From NCBI GenBank assembly GCA_964016885.1, contig OZ024753.1, positions 7,998,001 through 8,062,000 of the forward strand: a DNA stretch of 64,000 bases, given 5' to 3'. The notes under the pieces are model-generated. The model was not told the origin of the DNA, made no database searches, and saw nothing but the letters and a program-made list of their open reading frames with translations. Of this stretch, positions 26,755 through 39,759 are shown piece by piece (within the stretch, counting starts at the first letter, position 1; each line of letters starts with the position of its first letter). The stretch comes from Eledone cirrhosa (lineage: Eukaryota). Made by a program: the position numbers and the translations under genes.

Positions 26755-27975
26755 TGTGGCAGTGTCGATAGAGTTATGGCCTTGTGCGTTCTAGGTTCAA
26801 ATCCCGCTGAGGATAACTTTGTCTTTCATCCTTACGGGGTCCGATAAAATAAAGTACCAGTCACGCACTGGAGTCAATTTAATCGACTTTCCCCTCTCCC
26901 AAAATTGCTGGCCTTGTGCCTATATAAGAAACCATTATTATTATTATTATTATTATTCTTTCCAGCATAGTTACGTCCCTTTACGATCTGAGTTCAAATC
27001 TCGCCGAGGTTGACTTTGCCTTTCAACCTTGCGGAGTCGATAAAATAAAGTACCAGTAATACACTGGGGTAATTGCTGGCCTTGTGCCCAAAGTAGAAAC
27101 AATTATTATTATTATTATTATGGCAGTATAGGTAGAGTTATGGCCCTTTACGTTCTGAGCTCAAATCACGCCGAGGTTAACTTTGAGTTTCATCCTTACG
27201 AGAGACGATAAAATAAAGTACCAGTAATAGACTGGGGTAATTGCTGGCCTTGTGCTCAAAGTAGAAACAATTATTATTATCATTATTATTATGGCAGTAT
27301 CGGAAAAGGGTCGGACGCCATGCTTTGACACAAAGAGTTACAGCCCTTGCCATTCTGAGTTCGAATCCCGCCAAGGTCAACTTTGCCTTTCATCCTTATG
27401 GGTTCGATGAAATTAGGTACCAGTAATGCACTGGGGTATTTGCTGCTCTCGTGCCAAATGTAGAAACATTATTAACTTTGCCTTTCATCCTTATGGGGTC
27501 GATAAACTAAAGTACCAGTAATATACTGGGGTAATTGCTGGCCTTGTGCCAAAAGTAGAAACAATTATTACCTTCATTGTTTCTACTATAGGCACAAGGC
27601 CAATAATTTTGGTGAAGAGCAATGTCAATTAAATCACCCCAGTGCGTTATTCGTACTTTGTTATTTTATCAAACCTATATGGATGAAAGGCAAATCTGAC
27701 CATAGCAGGATTTGAAGTCAGAACGTAAAAGGCCGTAACTCTGTGCCACAAAGCATGTTTTCCAATGCTTTACTGATTCTGTCAATCCATTGCTAATTAA
27801 AATAATTTTCTACTTTTGGCACAAGACCAGCAATTACCCAGTACATTACTGGTACTTTATTTTATCTACCCCGTAAGGATGAAAGGCAAAGTTAACCTCG
27901 GCGGGATTTGAACTCAGACCATAAAGGGATGTAACTCTTTGCTGCAAAGCATGGCGTCAGACCCTCTACCGATAA
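26755..27975. mobile_element. cluster of about seven SINE family A copies (five +, two -)
   Basis: Central block at about 26820, 27010, 27180, 27380 and 27475 (+), and 27660 and 27860 (-), separated by (ATT)n tails. Confidence 0.85.
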
Positions 27976-28072
27976 TGATAATTATTATTTAATTTGGGCT
28001 GCATAACGAAGCCTTAAATGTGTGTGTAAAGTCAACTGACTCCACTCCAACATATTATTGAACAATGGTTGA

Positions 28073-28269
28073 TCCTTTAGCATTTACATTACTCTCTATA
28101 TACTATTGTATTTTCACACTTATATCTCACATAATATAAAATCTATGAGATTTATATATTATTTATTTTGAGAACAATACCTTAATATTGGCATTAAGGG
28201 CTGATTGGGGCCAGTTTGAAAGAGGTGAAAGAATTCTGGCTGGATATGGCCGGCTTAAATGCTAAAGCG
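28073..28269 (+). mobile_element. piggyBac-like MITE
   Basis: TTGA|TCCTTTAGCATTT...AAATGCTAAAGCG|TTAA. Confidence 0.72.
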
Positions 28270-28415
28270 TTAAGAATATTTTCATCTTCCAGTGTGTGTG
28301 TGTCTGTGTGTGAATGTGTGGGAATGAATAAAATTCTTGTATATTTTTCTTGTAGAATTTTGAACTAAGTTTAGTCAAACATACATAGAAAATTTAGATA
28401 TAAATGTAAACTTAA

Positions 28416-28625
28416 CCGTTTAGCATTCAAACCGACCATATCCGGCCAGAATTCTCTCACCTCTTTCTGTTCAAACTGGCTGTAACTTGCCAATCACACT
28501 GATGTTAAGGATTTGTTCTCAAAATCAATATCAAAATCTCATATATTTGATATTATGTTAGATATTTATGTGAGGTAAAGCCTTTACCAAGAAAATATAA
28601 TAGTATATATAGAATAATATAAATT
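28416..28625 (-). mobile_element. piggyBac-like MITE (one end lost)
   Basis: TTAA|CCGTTTAGCATTCAAACCG...; body matches 18507-18713. Confidence 0.7.
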
Positions 28626-29609
28626 AAGTCTAGTATTTCGAACTAAGTTTTGTTTTACACATGCATGCTTATATGAGCTTCAGTGTGTGAAGAAATATAT
28701 TTATAATTTTTTACATGAAAAATGCACTCAGTACATGCTGTAAGGTAGTTGGTGATAGGAAGGGCATTCAGCCATAGAAAGCTTTCCTTTCCAAACAACA
28801 AGTTGGGAGGACCCTTCTGTTGTGTCAAAGACATGACAACCTTTTCTGTGAACTCAGTAAGATATGAGATTGTACATATGTGAGACACAGATCCCTGGGT
28901 TGTCTTGGACGTCGGTAACCTTGTTTCAAAACTGATTTGATCTATGTAGACCTGTCCAACCCTTGTTTGCAGGAAATGCGGACATTAAAATGGTGATATG
29001 AGTGTAGTCTGTTTGCTAGTAGAATTGGTTGTTGAGGCATCGGTAAGCTTCCTGTATCATGGCTTCAATAATCCTGTTTTACTAGCTCCATCCAAAGCTA
29101 AAATATGATAAAGTGTATAGACGTTTTTCTTTTTTTATTAATCACAAAACATACAATATGGAAGTATATCGAGTTATACATCAGAGTTACTTTACTTATA
29201 TGTACTAGCAGAAAAACCAACCTACGATTGGTTTTCTTCTAGCATGTGTATATTGATATTATACACAAATATATATGCATGTAAATATGATACATCAAAT
29301 AATATCATAATTGACAATATACACAGAAATTGAACGAAGTCTGTTACACTGACTTCTGTAGTCATTAATCCATGATACATTTAAAAAAAGACGATATTAT
29401 ATATAAACTACATTAGGAGAAAATTAGTGACGGAAATATATGCGATTATAAGTGTTATAATATAACGGCTGCTAACCGGAAGTGTTGACATTTGACAATT
29501 TTAAAGAAGTGAATTTTAAAGGTCTTTAAATAAGCTATAAAATATATTTAATCAAAAGCTACAAAATTTAGTAAATAAATTATGTAATATTCATTCAATA
29601 TTTATTCAA

Positions 29610-29797
29610 AGTGGATTGGCAGTATCGGTTGAGGGTCGGACACCATGCTTTGAATCAGAGTTACGTCCCTTTATGATCTGAGTTCAAATCCCGCCGAGGT
29701 TAACTTTGCCTTTCATCCTTATGGGGTCGATAAAATAAAGTACCAGTAATACACTGGGTAATTGCTGGCCTTGTGCCAAAAGTAGAAACAATTATTT
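29610..29797 (+). mobile_element. SINE family A
   Basis: Consensus match. TATTTATTCAAAGT occurs on both sides (about 29599-29612 and 29793-29806), a probable target-site duplication. Confidence 0.88.
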
Positions 29798-29904
29798 ATT
29801 CAAAGTATCCAACTTATTTTACAAATGGGATAAAAAATATATTCAGGACACAGTCCCGTACTCCTTACTTTATTATAGTTTAGATTTAATAAAATAGCTC
29901 TCTC

Positions 29905-30305
29905 TGCATACACACACTCAATCACGCACACACACCGACAAACACAGAGACACAGACATACATGCACACACATACACACATGCACACAGAGCCACAGACA
30001 CTGACATGCACACATGCAGTCACAGACACACACACACACACACACACATACATACACACATACAATAGACACATGCACACAGAGCCACAGACAGACATAG
30101 GCGCATCCACACTTGCAGTCAAACGGACACACAAATACACACATACATCGTGCATACACACACACATACAGACATACACCCATTCACACACACACACATA
30201 TACACATACACACACACATACATCATGCATACTCAAACACATAAGACATATACGCATGCACACGTACAGACACAGGCAGATACAGACATACAAACATACA
30301 CACCA
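29905..30305. repeat. (CA)n-rich microsatellite
   Basis: Seen directly. Confidence 0.9.
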
Positions 30306-30679
30306 TATATACTTGTCTAAAATCAACCCTAGTTTTACACAGACAACAGATCACCATTTGTAAATGAAGGTATTATTCTCAACATAAAATGTTGCTGTGA
30401 GGAATTATATTTGTCTATGATACACTATAATTTTTTGATGTAAACAAATGAAAATATTTATAAGAGCTCTTTGGATTTATTTATGTTTTGGTACTATAGA
30501 TTATATTTTTGGTATAGTTTGATTTTGTTTTTATCTATTTAGAGTCTATTTAGACTTCTGTGTTTTGATACAAATATTTTGGATGGCAGCTCTTTGAAAG
30601 TAGTATCCATGTAATAAACAGCATAAATTTTATAAAAAAAAAATATAGTTTTAAAAATTTTGCTTTTGTGTATATATGG

Positions 30680-30840
30680 AGACATGGTAAACGTGGTTGG
30701 TGTTAGGAAAGGCATCCAGCCATAGAAAACCAGCCAGAAACACTTCTATATGAGTGAGACACAGTCACTCGACCAATCTTGCTTCAAGTGGGACAAGTCC
30801 CCCCATCCTGCGCATAGAAGATGGCATTAAATGATGATAC
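30680..30840 (+). mobile_element. SINE B-related 3' fragment
   Basis: GGTTGGTGTTAGGAAAGGCATCCAGCCATAGAAA...ATGATGAT. Confidence 0.65.
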
Positions 30841-30933
30841 AATGTTTCTGTCTACAAAATTTCACTCCCCAAGAGTATATCTCTAAGGAATGATGCTTAT
30901 AACGTATTCCTTTGAGTACTTTACTGGGATCAA

Positions 30934-30981
<48 letters not shown>

Positions 30982-31267
30982 TCTATATATATATATATAT
31001 ATATACATATATATATAGAGAGAGAGAGAGAGAAAAGAGATGTAAGTCAACAGGTTAAAATTAACTTGATAACCGTTATGCAACAGCTATGACCTCATCA
31101 GACAGCTAGAATTTGAACAGAAAAACAACGATGGAATGAAGCTTACTTCTGTTATTTCGATTTTTTGTTATGCTCAGTGCTGAAATTTGGTGTTGTTTTC
31201 TCAAAGCACGAGTCACACGTATGTATGTATGTATGTATGTATGTATGTATGTATGTATGTATGTATG

Positions 31268-31740
31268 GGCAAAGGAGCTCTTAAGAGTCAATGGCCATCC
31301 AAAATCACCATGAGAGATGACCCCTTAGCCTTTGTCAAGGCAGAATTCTAGGAGAAGGAAAACTCTGATATAACACCTGCAACTCTGATGGTATCCAATG
31401 ATGTTGACTTGTTCTTCTTTTTGGTAAATATCTTGGTTAAGAGAGTGGGACTGGCTTTGTGCAGTCCCTTTGCTCACTATAAAAGCTTCACGGCACAGGC
31501 ATTGCTTTATATCTGGAGATCTCTCTGCACTTGTCGTCACATGGTACCATGGGCCCAGCACTATGTGTCAATAATTGTCACAAGTGTAGTGTTTGTACCA
31601 GAGTTTTCAAGTCGCTGGCTGGACAAAAAGTCACACTCGTTCAGCGCATCGGTAGGGGTTCTCATACATGGATATAGAGTAGTGGCCGTACTCGAAAACG
31701 CAGCCACCATGTATGTAGCCACCATGTATGTATGTATGTA
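31268..31740 (+). mobile_element. dispersed repeat within (ATGT)n; shorter copy of 56159-56760
   Basis: About 440 bp of reverse-complement similarity to 56159-56609; flanked by (TATG)n. Confidence 0.75.
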
Positions 31741-32216
31741 AAACAGAAATAACAACACAATCAGTACAGTATATGGAAAGAATATATTAGGTTAATGCTT
31801 GAAATAGCAGGAAGAGGGTCTTAACATTTCAGATGCTATATATGAGAGAGAGAGAGATCAGAATTATCACAGTTTTAAACAAGATCATTATATAGTAAAG
31901 TACTCAATACTTAGATAGTAGAGTGTAAATATAGTGGAGTAGATGATGATAGAGACACGTCAGAGAGTGATTGTTTTTTTTTAATAAACATTTCATATAT
32001 TCATATTTTTATACCAGTTGCATAACGTGTGTGTGTGAATGTGTTTGAGTATGTGTCCATGTGTGTGTATTCCTATACATAATAACATCTATTGTTCCTG
32101 TCTCTGTAAAGTAATTTCAAATGTTGAATGCATTCTTTAATTAGCTATATAGTATAAAGAAGAGACATAGGAACACATACATTTATTCTTTATATTTTTA
32201 CTTCAAACTTTAACTC

Positions 32217-32259
<43 letters not shown>

Positions 32260-32262
<3 letters not shown>

Positions 32263-32480
32263 AAAGTTCTATTTAAAGTTGTTGTGATACAACAAGTAAA
32301 TATATTTATAACCGACATAAAGCACTCGACAAGTTTTTGGAGTAGATATACGATATTAATAAATGGAAACTATATTTATAAAACCATATTTATTTCATTA
32401 TACATATTTCAGGGATACCACATTAAATTATGGTATGCCTTCATCAAACAAAATACAATATATAACAGTTTTACAAATAG
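32260..32480 (-). mobile_element. H1 element with hammerhead motif at 32391-32455 (core C->T)
   Basis: Minus strand: TATTTTGT-TTGATGA-[AGGCATACCA TAATTTAATG TGGTATCCCT]-GAAA-TATGTA-TA^ATGAAATA. Flanks match 43605-43870. Confidence 0.75.
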
Positions 32481-32597
32481 GTTTGACGTACCCTTTAAAA
32501 TACAACCATTTCTTTTGGAGGCTGTCTGGATATATATATATATATGTAATCTGATAAGAAGACATACATGTATTTATATTGTTACTTCAAACTTGGA

Positions 32598-32624
<27 letters not shown>

Positions 32625-32630
<6 letters not shown>

Positions 32631-32800
32631 GGAGTTGTGGTAAGGAACCAGATGGACCATAACGCACCAGAGTACTCAATAGGAAAAAGTATGACCCCGA
32701 TGGCTGAACTCCAGAAATAGCCGTTTCAATGGCTATTTCTGGAGTTCAGAAATAGCCGTTGAAACGGCTTGAGCTCTGCCGTCGGGGTCAGAGTTTTTCC

Positions 32801-32802
<2 letters not shown>
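32625..32802. mobile_element. fold-back element, family H3 (3' half of a hammerhead)
   Basis: Inverted repeat 32680-32802. Plus strand GAAA-CGGCT-TGAGCTC-TGCCG-TC^GGGGTC at 32761-32789. Homologous to 58660-58835 and, for the left part, 14195-14265. Confidence 0.6.
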
Positions 32803-32839
<37 letters not shown>

Positions 32840-33755
32840 AAAAATATATATATATAAATGAGTGTGTATATATATATATTTACTCATTGATTAGATATAT
32901 TTAAGTGTAATTTATCAATCTACATCACTGTTTATTCTGTTTTAAATGAAATTGTGCATAAATGTATGAGACAGCAACAAAAAAGTGTAGAGAAGGAGAA
33001 AAAGTTGATGAGGTTTTGTGATTAATTTACACTCTATTCATAGTTTTACTGCTGCTTTCAATATTTTCTACAGGAGTTCAGCTTACAATTTATCCTAATT
33101 GTCGTCCAGTCTACTTAAAATATTCATGCCATTTAGTTGAACACCACCAGTGTGTGGGGGGTACTATCTGTGTGTGGAGGACAATGTGTCTGTCTGTCTC
33201 TGCATTTGCATGTTTAAAACTTAACCATTTTATTAGTGTATTTCTAATAAAAACCACTAGCTGTGATTTTCAAATATTTTTCTTTCAAATAATCAAGAAT
33301 TTGTAGTGATTTAGTAGTAATATAACTAAATCTTTCTGTATGAAGCTAGCAATTAGAATATAACTTAACAAAGGTGTTTTAATGAAATTGCAATAGAGTT
33401 TTAGATAAATACAAGCAATTTAAAATGACTAGTTTTTATATCTTAGAAGCAAGAGTACTTTTAGGAAGTTTGGTATGAAAAAGTTTAAAGCTACTTTGCA
33501 TGAAGTATATATTGTTTACTAATCCAATGTTAATGATGTTAAAAGCATAACATTTGAACAGATTCCATAAAGCTAACTAGAGTCACCACTCACAATTAAG
33601 TATTGCTAAGGGTTTTAAGTGACTATGGATTCGTGAGCAGACACAGACACCCTCACTACCCCACATGGCTTTTATCCAGCAGAACATCTAGGGCAGGGCT
33701 GGGTAACATATTCCATTGGGTAACATATTCCACTTTTGAACATAGAACAACTATT

Positions 33756-33855
33756 AGGGTTAACTTTGCCTTTCATCCTTACGGGGTCGACAATATAAAG
33801 CACCAGTAATACACTGGGATAATTGCTGGCCTTGTGCCAAATGTAGAAACAATTA
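33756..33855 (+). mobile_element. SINE family A, 5'-truncated
   Basis: Central block plus 3' end. Confidence 0.75.
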
Positions 33856-33885
33856 ATATTTATTAAGCACTATTCCAAAGATTCA

Positions 33886-34050
33886 CCACAACTTCTTTCC
33901 ATAACATGGAACTGGGAAATTATAGCACGCATAACCCTATCAGTGAAGCCCTTTAGTATAGGTCAAAACCACAACTTCTGTCCATAACATGGAACAGGGA
34001 AATTATAACACACATAACCCTATCAGTGAAGTCCTTTAGTATAGGTCAAC
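33886..34050. repeat. 83-bp tandem duplication
   Basis: CCACAACTTCT..CCATAACATGGAAC...TTTAGTATAGGTCAA at 33886 and 33969. Confidence 0.85.
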
Positions 34051-34820
34051 TAACAAAAAATTGTATTACTGTTATGAAAAAAAATTCTAAATAAGCCTAC
34101 AAGGTAAACATTAAAAACAATCATTGCGGGCCACTCTGACTGGTCTAGTGGGCTGGATCGTGGCCAACGGGTCACCTGTTGCATGCCCCTGATCTAGGGT
34201 GTGACAGCTGAAAGGAAGGAAAGAAGAATACACCAGCACTTAGCTGATACTTCCTTTATTGACCTTGAAGATGAAGGGCAAAGTTGACCTTGGTGGGATT
34301 TGAACTCAGAACACAGACATGTGAGAACAATAACAAACACTAATAAAATAATATAGATGATGATGATTAAGGGATACTGGTGATAATAATTAACATAAAT
34401 AGCAATAAAGATTATTGAAGCTAAAGGAAAGCTAATTAACTCTGAAAAAAGAACCGAAAACACTTTGATTGTGTGTTAATTATTAAATAAGTAAGAAAGT
34501 TAAATCTTGTACTTTAGAAATTGGGCTTCTTCTAAGGAACAATTTGACCTTTTCTCGGTGAGATGACAGTAACTTAAGTAAATAATTAACTTTTTCTAAG
34601 AATAACTTAGCAAACCGATCAGGCATAGCTTTCTTCTTCATTAATAATCTATCAATGGTAATGAATACTGATTCAGTTTCCAAATCCAATTGAACCTTAT
34701 GAAATTGGCTGACATTCGAAGCAGGATAAACTAATTATCAATCATCATTACCTACACTACTTGAATATTTTTATATTATTGTTGTTGCCTTCTGGACATC
34801 ATCCTCTAAAGTTTCTATGA

Positions 34821-34857
<37 letters not shown>

Positions 34858-37094
34858 AAATCTACTCTGAAAACACGAAGAGATAAAATTAATTTTGTCT
34901 TACTTATCTGCATAATTCATGAATTGGTAAATCTCTACAATCATGATAATCATCAGTGTTACTTAAATTTATTAGTTGATTTCATTTGACTAGTAATTTA
35001 CATTTTTTTTTATGTGCCGGAGTAGGAGTAATATAATTAAACTACATACTGTATAGACTTTAATATAATTGAGTATAAGCCGATACAAATATAAACCACT
35101 GCACTAACTTTTGTCTGAGAAACAGGCAAATACCCAAACCTTATTTATGTAGAATTTGAGGCGCTATATACAGTTGAGAGCCACTAAACAGTGAGAAACG
35201 ATCGACCGTCAGTTATTTCCTTTTTGTTTTTGCTAAAGCTAGGTATGTGACTATAGTAGCTACCTTAAATTAATAGCGAAAAGCTTTCAAAATGTTTTAA
35301 AATGAATATACAGTATATTATTAAATATACAATACGTACATTTAAGTAAACATTGTTTTGACATTAGTCCAGCATTCTCATTTAATGATGTATCTATAAC
35401 TATAATTAAATTCTTTGTTAACAAATTATATAAGTTTCTTGGGTTGTATGTAATGACATACCATCATTCTACAACATTAGAATATTTTAACAAAGAAATG
35501 GCAATAATATATATATTTTTTTGTTCATAAGACAAAAATAAGGAAGGTAAAATGAAACACTTTAAGTTTTGATGGAATATTCTTTGTTCACATTGTTTTG
35601 TAATGTTAGACACACCTTTAAATGTAAATATTAGCTTTTAAAAGAAAAGACTGAGATTTCTAAAGTTTTGTGTTACTTATATTGCATCAATTTTCCTGAC
35701 TTGCATTCACAATTATTCTGCAAAGATACATTTCACAAGATATTTGATGTAATATACACAAATCAATTTTTATGATTCTTGTAAAAATGCTATTCTGAAA
35801 TGTTTACAATGACTGATCAAAGAAAGTTAAAATCCATCTTTGACACAGCTGTTATTGATCATAAATAAATTTTTAATTGATTTTGTTGTCTGCTCATTTA
35901 ATTAGACTCTAAAATTATCTAGCAAAACTAATTAGAAATTGATAAGTAATGTAAGAGAAGATCTGATATCTCTATTGCAGGAATAATCATGTCATCCCTT
36001 GATAATTCTTCTGTAGTTTCCTCTAGAGCTGTCTGTCTTCCATCAACATTTTTATTATAAGGATATGACAAGGAAACCTTTTTCAATATTTCTTTCCTCT
36101 GCTAAAAAGAATTGGTCAAATATCTTTCAAATAACACCACACCCTCATATAAAATGCAAGACACGTTTCAGAAGCTTCAATTTCCATTCTGATTTTGTTA
36201 ATCTTAATCTCAAAACTCAATATCAGCCACATTAGTTGGATTACAAAGGTATTGTAAAAAACCACTTTTATTTTTGTAGACACCAAACAGCATCAACTAT
36301 AAGCAACGGGTCATCACATCCATCTCTCTCGCCCTCCCTATCTCTCTTGCCCTCCCTATCTCTCTGTATTGTGAGCAAATGGGGTTGGCAATCATTTCAG
36401 GGTTTGCTTTATGTAAAGGGTGTTATGTTGTATTCTTGAACAAGATGCTTCATTTCAACCCTTCCTACAACCCTGTAGGAAGCCAATTAAACCTATATAG
36501 TTGTAAGCTGTCGATATAATTTTTTATTTAAATACCATACCTTATAATATCAATCATTGAGAAATAATGGAGCGAAGCTTCAGTTTTTGGTAAATGAATA
36601 AATAAACTCTTTGACTTGGATTAAGAATTCTTTCTCGTTTGTTGATATTTGAACATCTTTTTCTCAGATTCTTTCATTTAAATGTTGAATATCTTATTTA
36701 TTTATGTATTTTTGTCTGAACCATGTAATTCCACATAAGTTTTACTTCATTTGTCATCTTTACTTTATTGTTCATGTCTGAAGTCTGTTCTGTAGTTTTT
36801 GTCTCATTCTTCATCTTGTAAAATAGTCCAGGACCATGTTAAACTATCTTGTTAAATACTGTAACTTCGAATGAACCAGCAGTACTGTCTCTAAAGTCTG
36901 TCTCAAGCCTGAAGACTCATCAGGATGTTACTTATCCCAATTTCCATGGCCTGAAGACCCACCTTCTCTTATGTACAAAGTTAAACCTACAGTCAGTAGG
37001 TACCTCTTAACCCAATATACACCCACATCCCCTGCTCCACCCTCCCACTCTTGTCCATGCCACCCTTTCTCTGTAAAGTTGTGTAGGTACTACA

Positions 37095-38288
37095 GAACAT
37101 CCAGCCCACACTGTAAAGTGGTCATGTGGGTGAAATGACAAAAAGCACCCAGCCCACACTGTAGAGTGGTTATGTGGGTGACATGACAAAAAGCACCCAG
37201 CCCACACTGTAGAGTGGTTATGTGGGTGACATGACAAAAAGTACCCAGTCCACACTGTAAAGTGGTCATGTGGGTGACATGACAAAAAGTACCCAGTCCA
37301 CACTGTAAAGTGGTCATGTAGGTGACATGACAAAAAGCACCCAGCCCACACTGTAGAGTGGTTATGTGGGTGACATGACAAAAAGTACCCAGTCCACACT
37401 GTAAAGTGGTCATGTGGGTGACATGACAAAAAGTACCCAGTCCACACTGTAAAGTGGTCATGTGGGTGACATGACAAAAAGTACCCAGTCCACACTGTAG
37501 AGTGGTCATGTGGGTGACATGACAAAAAGTATGCAGTCCACACTGTAGAGTGGTCATGTGGGTGACATGACAAAAAGTATGCAGTCCACACTGTAGAGTG
37601 GTCATGTGGGTGAAATGACAAAAAGCACCCAGCCCACACTGTAGAGTGGTTATGTAGGTGACATGACAAAAAGTACCCAGTCCACACTGTAAAGTGGTCA
37701 TGTGGGTGACATGACAAAAAGTACCCAGTCCACACTGTAAAGTGGTCATGTAGGTGACATGACAAAAAGCACCCAGCCCACACTGTAGAGTGGTTATGTG
37801 GGTGACATGACAAAAAGAACCCAGTCCACACTGTAAAGTGGTCATGTGGGTGACATGACAAAAAGTACCCAGTCCACACTGTAAAGTGGTCATGTGGGTG
37901 ACATGACAAAAAGTACCCAGTCCACACTGTAAAGTGGTCATGTGGGTGACATGACAAAAAGTACCCAGTCCACACTGTAAAGTGGTCATGTGGGTGACAT
38001 GACAAAAAGTACCCAGTCCACACTGTAGAGTGGTCATGTGGGTGACATGACAAAAAGTACCCAGTCCACACTGTAAAGTGGTCATGTGGGTGACATGACA
38101 AAAAGTACCCAGTCCACACTGTAGAGTGGTCATGTGGGTGACATGACAAAAAGTATGCAGTCCACACTGTAAAGTGGTCATGTGGGTGACATGACAAAAA
38201 GTACCCAGTCCACACTGTAGAGTGGTCATGTGGGTGACATGACAAAAAGCACCCAGTCCACACTGTAAAGTGGTCATGTGGGTGACAC
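37095..38288 (+). repeat. 48-bp minisatellite (~24-25 copies) homologous to the SINE B internal module
   Basis: Unit CACACTGTAAAGTGGTCATGTGGGTGACATGACAAAAAGTACCCAGTC; gives the 16-aa periodicity in ORFs 37007..38263 and 37090..38328. Confidence 0.95.
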
Positions 38289-38289
38289 A

Positions 38290-38700
38290 GTTACCCCTTC
38301 CTCCTTTATTTACCCATCCCCCCTCCACTTACTCCTTTCCCCCCACTTACCCTCTCCTCCTCCACATACCCTCTCCTCCTCCCACAGTTAACCCCTCCTT
38401 CAGTAGTTACCCACTACTCTTCCAGTTACTCCTACTCCCTCAGTTAGCCTCCTCCTCCAGTTACCCCCTCCTCCTCCAGTTACCCCCTCCTCCTCCAGTT
38501 ACCCCCTCCTCCTCCAGTTACCCCCTCCTCCTCCAGTTACCCCCTCCTCCTCCAGTTACCCCCCTACTCTTCCTCTTCCTCCTCCTCTTCCTCCTCCTCC
38601 TCCTCTTCCTCTTCCTATTCCTCTTCCTCCTCCTCCAGTTACCCCTCCTTCAGTTAACCCCTCCTTCAGTAATTACCCCCCTTCTCCCCCCACTCCAGTT
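38290..38700. repeat. C-rich low-complexity / CCAGTTACCCCCTCCTCCT repeats
   Basis: Seen directly. Confidence 0.8.
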
Positions 38701-38914
38701 CTATCTCATTTATTATATCTTCCATCAACAATATGTCCAGCCATCACTGCTACTGTTGTTATTATTCAACAATAATTATATTACCTCCCTTGCTGTCCCT
38801 AACTCTTCTCTTTTTAGATTATTTAATAACTGCCTTTTATTGCCCCTCAATTTTCTCAATGTCTTCCTGTGGAATTAGAATTGCAAATGAACCAATCAGT
38901 TTAGCACAGACAAA

Positions 38915-39436
38915 CCTCTCTCCCTCTCTCTGTCTCTGTCTTTTCTCTTCTCTTTTCTCTTCTCTTTTCTCTCTTCTCTTTTTCTCTTCTCTTTTCTCTG
39001 TCTTTTCTCTTCTCTTCTCTTTTCTCTTCTCTTTTCTCTTCTCTTTTCTCTTCTCTTTTCTCTTCTCTCTCTTTTCTCTTCTCTTCTCTTGTCTCTTCTC
39101 TTCTTGTCTCTCTTCTCTCTGTGTCTCCTCTCTTCTCGTTCTCTCTGTGTCTCTCTCTTCTCGTCTCTCTCTTCTCAACTCTCTGTGTCTCTCTCTCGTC
39201 TCTCTGTGTCTCTCTCTTCTCGTCTCTCTCTTCTCATCTCTCTGTGTCTCTCTCTTCTCGTCTCTCTGTGGTCTCTCTCTTCTCGTCTCTCGTGTGTCTC
39301 TCTCTTCTCTCTCTCTCTCTCTCTCTCTCTGTGTCTCTCTCTCTTCTCTCTCTCTGTGTCTCTCTCTCTCTCTCTCTCTCTGTGGTCCTCTCTCTCCCTC
39401 TCTCTCTGTGTCTCTCTCTCACTCTCTTCTCTCTCG

Positions 39437-39511
<75 letters not shown>

Positions 39512-39554
39512 GTCTCACTCTCTGTCTCACTCTCACTCTCTCTCTCACTCTCTT

Positions 39555-39587
<33 letters not shown>

Positions 39588-39685
39588 TTCTCTCTCTCTC
39601 TCACTCTCTTTCTCTCACTCTCTTTCTCTCTCTCTCACTCTCTTTCTCTCTCTCTCTCTCACTCTCTTTCTCTCTCTCTCTCTCA

Positions 39686-39759
<74 letters not shown>

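Noticed and set aside
37007-38328. 418-aa and 412-aa Cys/His repeat 'proteins' resembling multiheme or zinc-finger repeats
   Set aside because: Open in two overlapping frames because of a stop-free 48-bp SINE-derived unit; C-H-P-H is not CxxCH or C2H2 spacing.
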